Below are positions 61,940-64,000 of a DNA stretch of 64,000 nt, piece by piece; position 1 is the stretch's first letter, and each line of letters begins with the position of its first letter. The translations under genes and the position numbers were made by a program. Under the pieces are notes generated by a model. It ran no database searches and was not told where the DNA came from. It saw nothing but the letters and a program-made list of their open reading frames with translations. Where the stretch lies: contig JAQFVV010000010.1 of NCBI GenBank assembly GCA_028023455.1, positions 1,364,001 through 1,428,000 on the forward strand, given 5' to 3'. This DNA comes from Epiperipatus broadwayi (taxonomy: Eukaryota > Animalia > Onychophora).

Positions 61940-64000
61940 AGTTGCAGAGATTTCAATCCTATCTTGTGAGACTTAGCAAAAAATTGTGCATATGGGGAAT
62001 ACTTAGAGGAAGCATTGCTAGAATAGTATTTATGGGGGATAGCTATCCAAGACCTATTTGTATCTGGATGCCATCAAAAGGCATGATCTATAAATTAGTA
62101 CTAAGTATCTTTAAAGAACTTCAACAAACTAACATGGATGGTCCAAAACAGACTACAATCTTTAATATAAGCAAGGCAGAAGAGTCATAAAAAAGTAAAA
62201 ATTGAATGCTACTCCTGTGGCAAAAAATGGACATATTGCACATAAATGCAGCTGGACAAATGAGAAATGCAACAGCTGCTGAAAGATAGGCCACTTAGCG
62301 AAGGTTTGCACATAAAAATTAAAACAAGTACAAATAAAAAATCTTCAGAAAACAAACTTAGGAAATGAGAACATTTTACCAAAATAAATAAGGTAGAGAT
62401 AAATAATAGGCAGCAAATAATGTTAGTAGTACATATATGTGATAAACCAATAGAAATGGATAGTAGTGCTGAGGTATCTATCATATCAAAGACAGTCCAT
62501 TCTGAGATAAATAAAAAAAAAATCACAGACCAACTAAAAATAGGAATAACAGAGATAAAAGTGAACAATGCAAATAGAAATCCCATTAATATTATTGGGA
62601 TAGTAAAAATAATGTTAACCATAACTAACCATATATTTAAAGGTAATGTAGTGCCTATAATGGATAGAGAATGGTCCATCTCTTTAGACACTAAAATATA
62701 TGCATGGTAAAATAAAGTAAATATTGAAAAGAAATTAAAGGCTAAATTTCCTAAACTTTTTTAGTGAAGCAAGAAAAAATTAATACCAAGCCAATCAAAA
62801 TTGAGATTTAAGAAGGCATAAAACCCATCCACGACAAGCCCAGGAATATATCTTTTTTACAGAGATCATGGGTCAAAAAGGCATTAGATGATCTGATAAA
62901 GAAAGGTGTACTGACACCTGTGGAAGATGCAGAATGGGCTACCCCTATAGTCATCATAACAAAGCAAAATGAATAAATCCATATGTGCGGAAAGTTTAGT
63001 TAAAAGTTCATATCCCATTCCGAGCATTAGAAAGATAGTAGGTGACCTAGATGGAGCAAATTATTTTGCAAAGCTAGATTTGAATACCACTTTTCTTCAA
63101 GTATGAGTGTCAAAAGAAATAGTTGTACTTCTGACTATAACAATAAACAAAGTATTGTATAATTATAATTGCCTGCCATTTGGGATAATCATCACTGAGA
63201 ATGTATTCCAAGTGAAGATCAACGTGTTATTAGAAATGGATGGAGTTGTGCCATATTTTGATGATATACTCATGATGGCAGATTTGGAGAAAGTATGTAA
63301 AAGGCTAAAAAAATTGGAGCTATACTTAACCTGGGAAAGTTTATTTGGAGTGCATCAAAAATCAAGTTTCTAGGCCATATTATTTCAAATGCAGGAGCCA
63401 GACCCAATACTGAAAAAATTAAAGCAATTATTAATGCACAAATTCTGAAGATACTTAAAGAACTTCAGGCCTTTAAAATTTTTTTTGAAAATTTCTAAAG
63501 GGAAAAGCCCATGTAACCACTCCCTTGTATGAATTACTTTGGAAAATCAATGATGGAGTTAAAAAGAGCTACAAGAGTGTGTACTTCAGAAAACCAAGGT
63601 TTTGCTCACCTCAAACCCCCTATTACTGTCTTATAACAATAACATTAACAACTGATGAATCTGATAATGGAAATGGAACGGTACTCAGTCTCCTGGCTAG
63701 GATATTATCAAAGGCTGAAAAAAAAAATAGCCTACTGAACAAGGAGAGATAGTTCCAATAACAGCTATTTGGAAATTTGACCAATAAATTTATGGTCAAT
63801 TATTTAAAATAATAACCAACCGTCATCTATTATTGGGAATATTGCCAATAAAAAAGCCACTCTAGACCATTTAAATTCACATATTGTTTGCTAGCACATT
63901 TATTGGCATACAACATTAATTAAATAAATCTTTATGGAGTATGCACAATAGTTATCAATGATAAGGAATTACATTATAATGGGAGATAAGATATTAATCC
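61940..64000 (+). mobile_element. Old degenerate Gypsy of the same Mag-like group as 18480-23958, runs off the right edge
   Basis: YLEEALLE, two decayed CCHC knuckles (CYSCGK.., CNSC*KIGHLAKVC), protease MEMDSSAEVSII, RT YFAKLDL, LPFG, VVPYFDDIL and RNase H ITLTTDES. Confidence 0.82.

Overview
AT-rich eukaryotic (probably invertebrate) genomic DNA made almost entirely of transposable elements and their debris. No convincing host protein-coding gene was found; there is one weak first-exon candidate near 5.05-5.10 kb. Main contents: (1) three decayed Penelope-like (RT + GIY-YIG) copies, two of them joined head-to-head at 1-4915; (2) a nested stack at 12.9-25.7 kb in which a hAT transposase is split by a Merlin element (47-bp TIRs, 8-bp TSD) that itself carries a young but disrupted Gypsy LTR element (18480-23958) and a 2.6-kb TG..CA insertion; (3) a TRIM at 46769-48074, several older Gypsy and hAT remnants, a Buster-type MITE and two copies of a tRNA-derived SINE; (4) a three-copy diverged repeat at 43-59 kb whose copies supply empty-site controls. 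The most notable signal is a set of small non-coding insertions carrying minimal type I hammerhead ribozyme motifs. There are two sequence families and seven motifs at four loci (29.3, 33.9-34.9, 49.4-49.9 and 55.6-55.9 kb). Three of these loci are head-to-head fold-backs, the same geometry as the Penelope pair, and two have 10-13 bp target-site duplications. This suggests Penelope-mobilised retrozyme-like elements. Paired LTRs and TIRs differ disproportionately at CpG sites, which suggests the host methylates its TEs. All alignments and counts were done by eye; no database searches were run.
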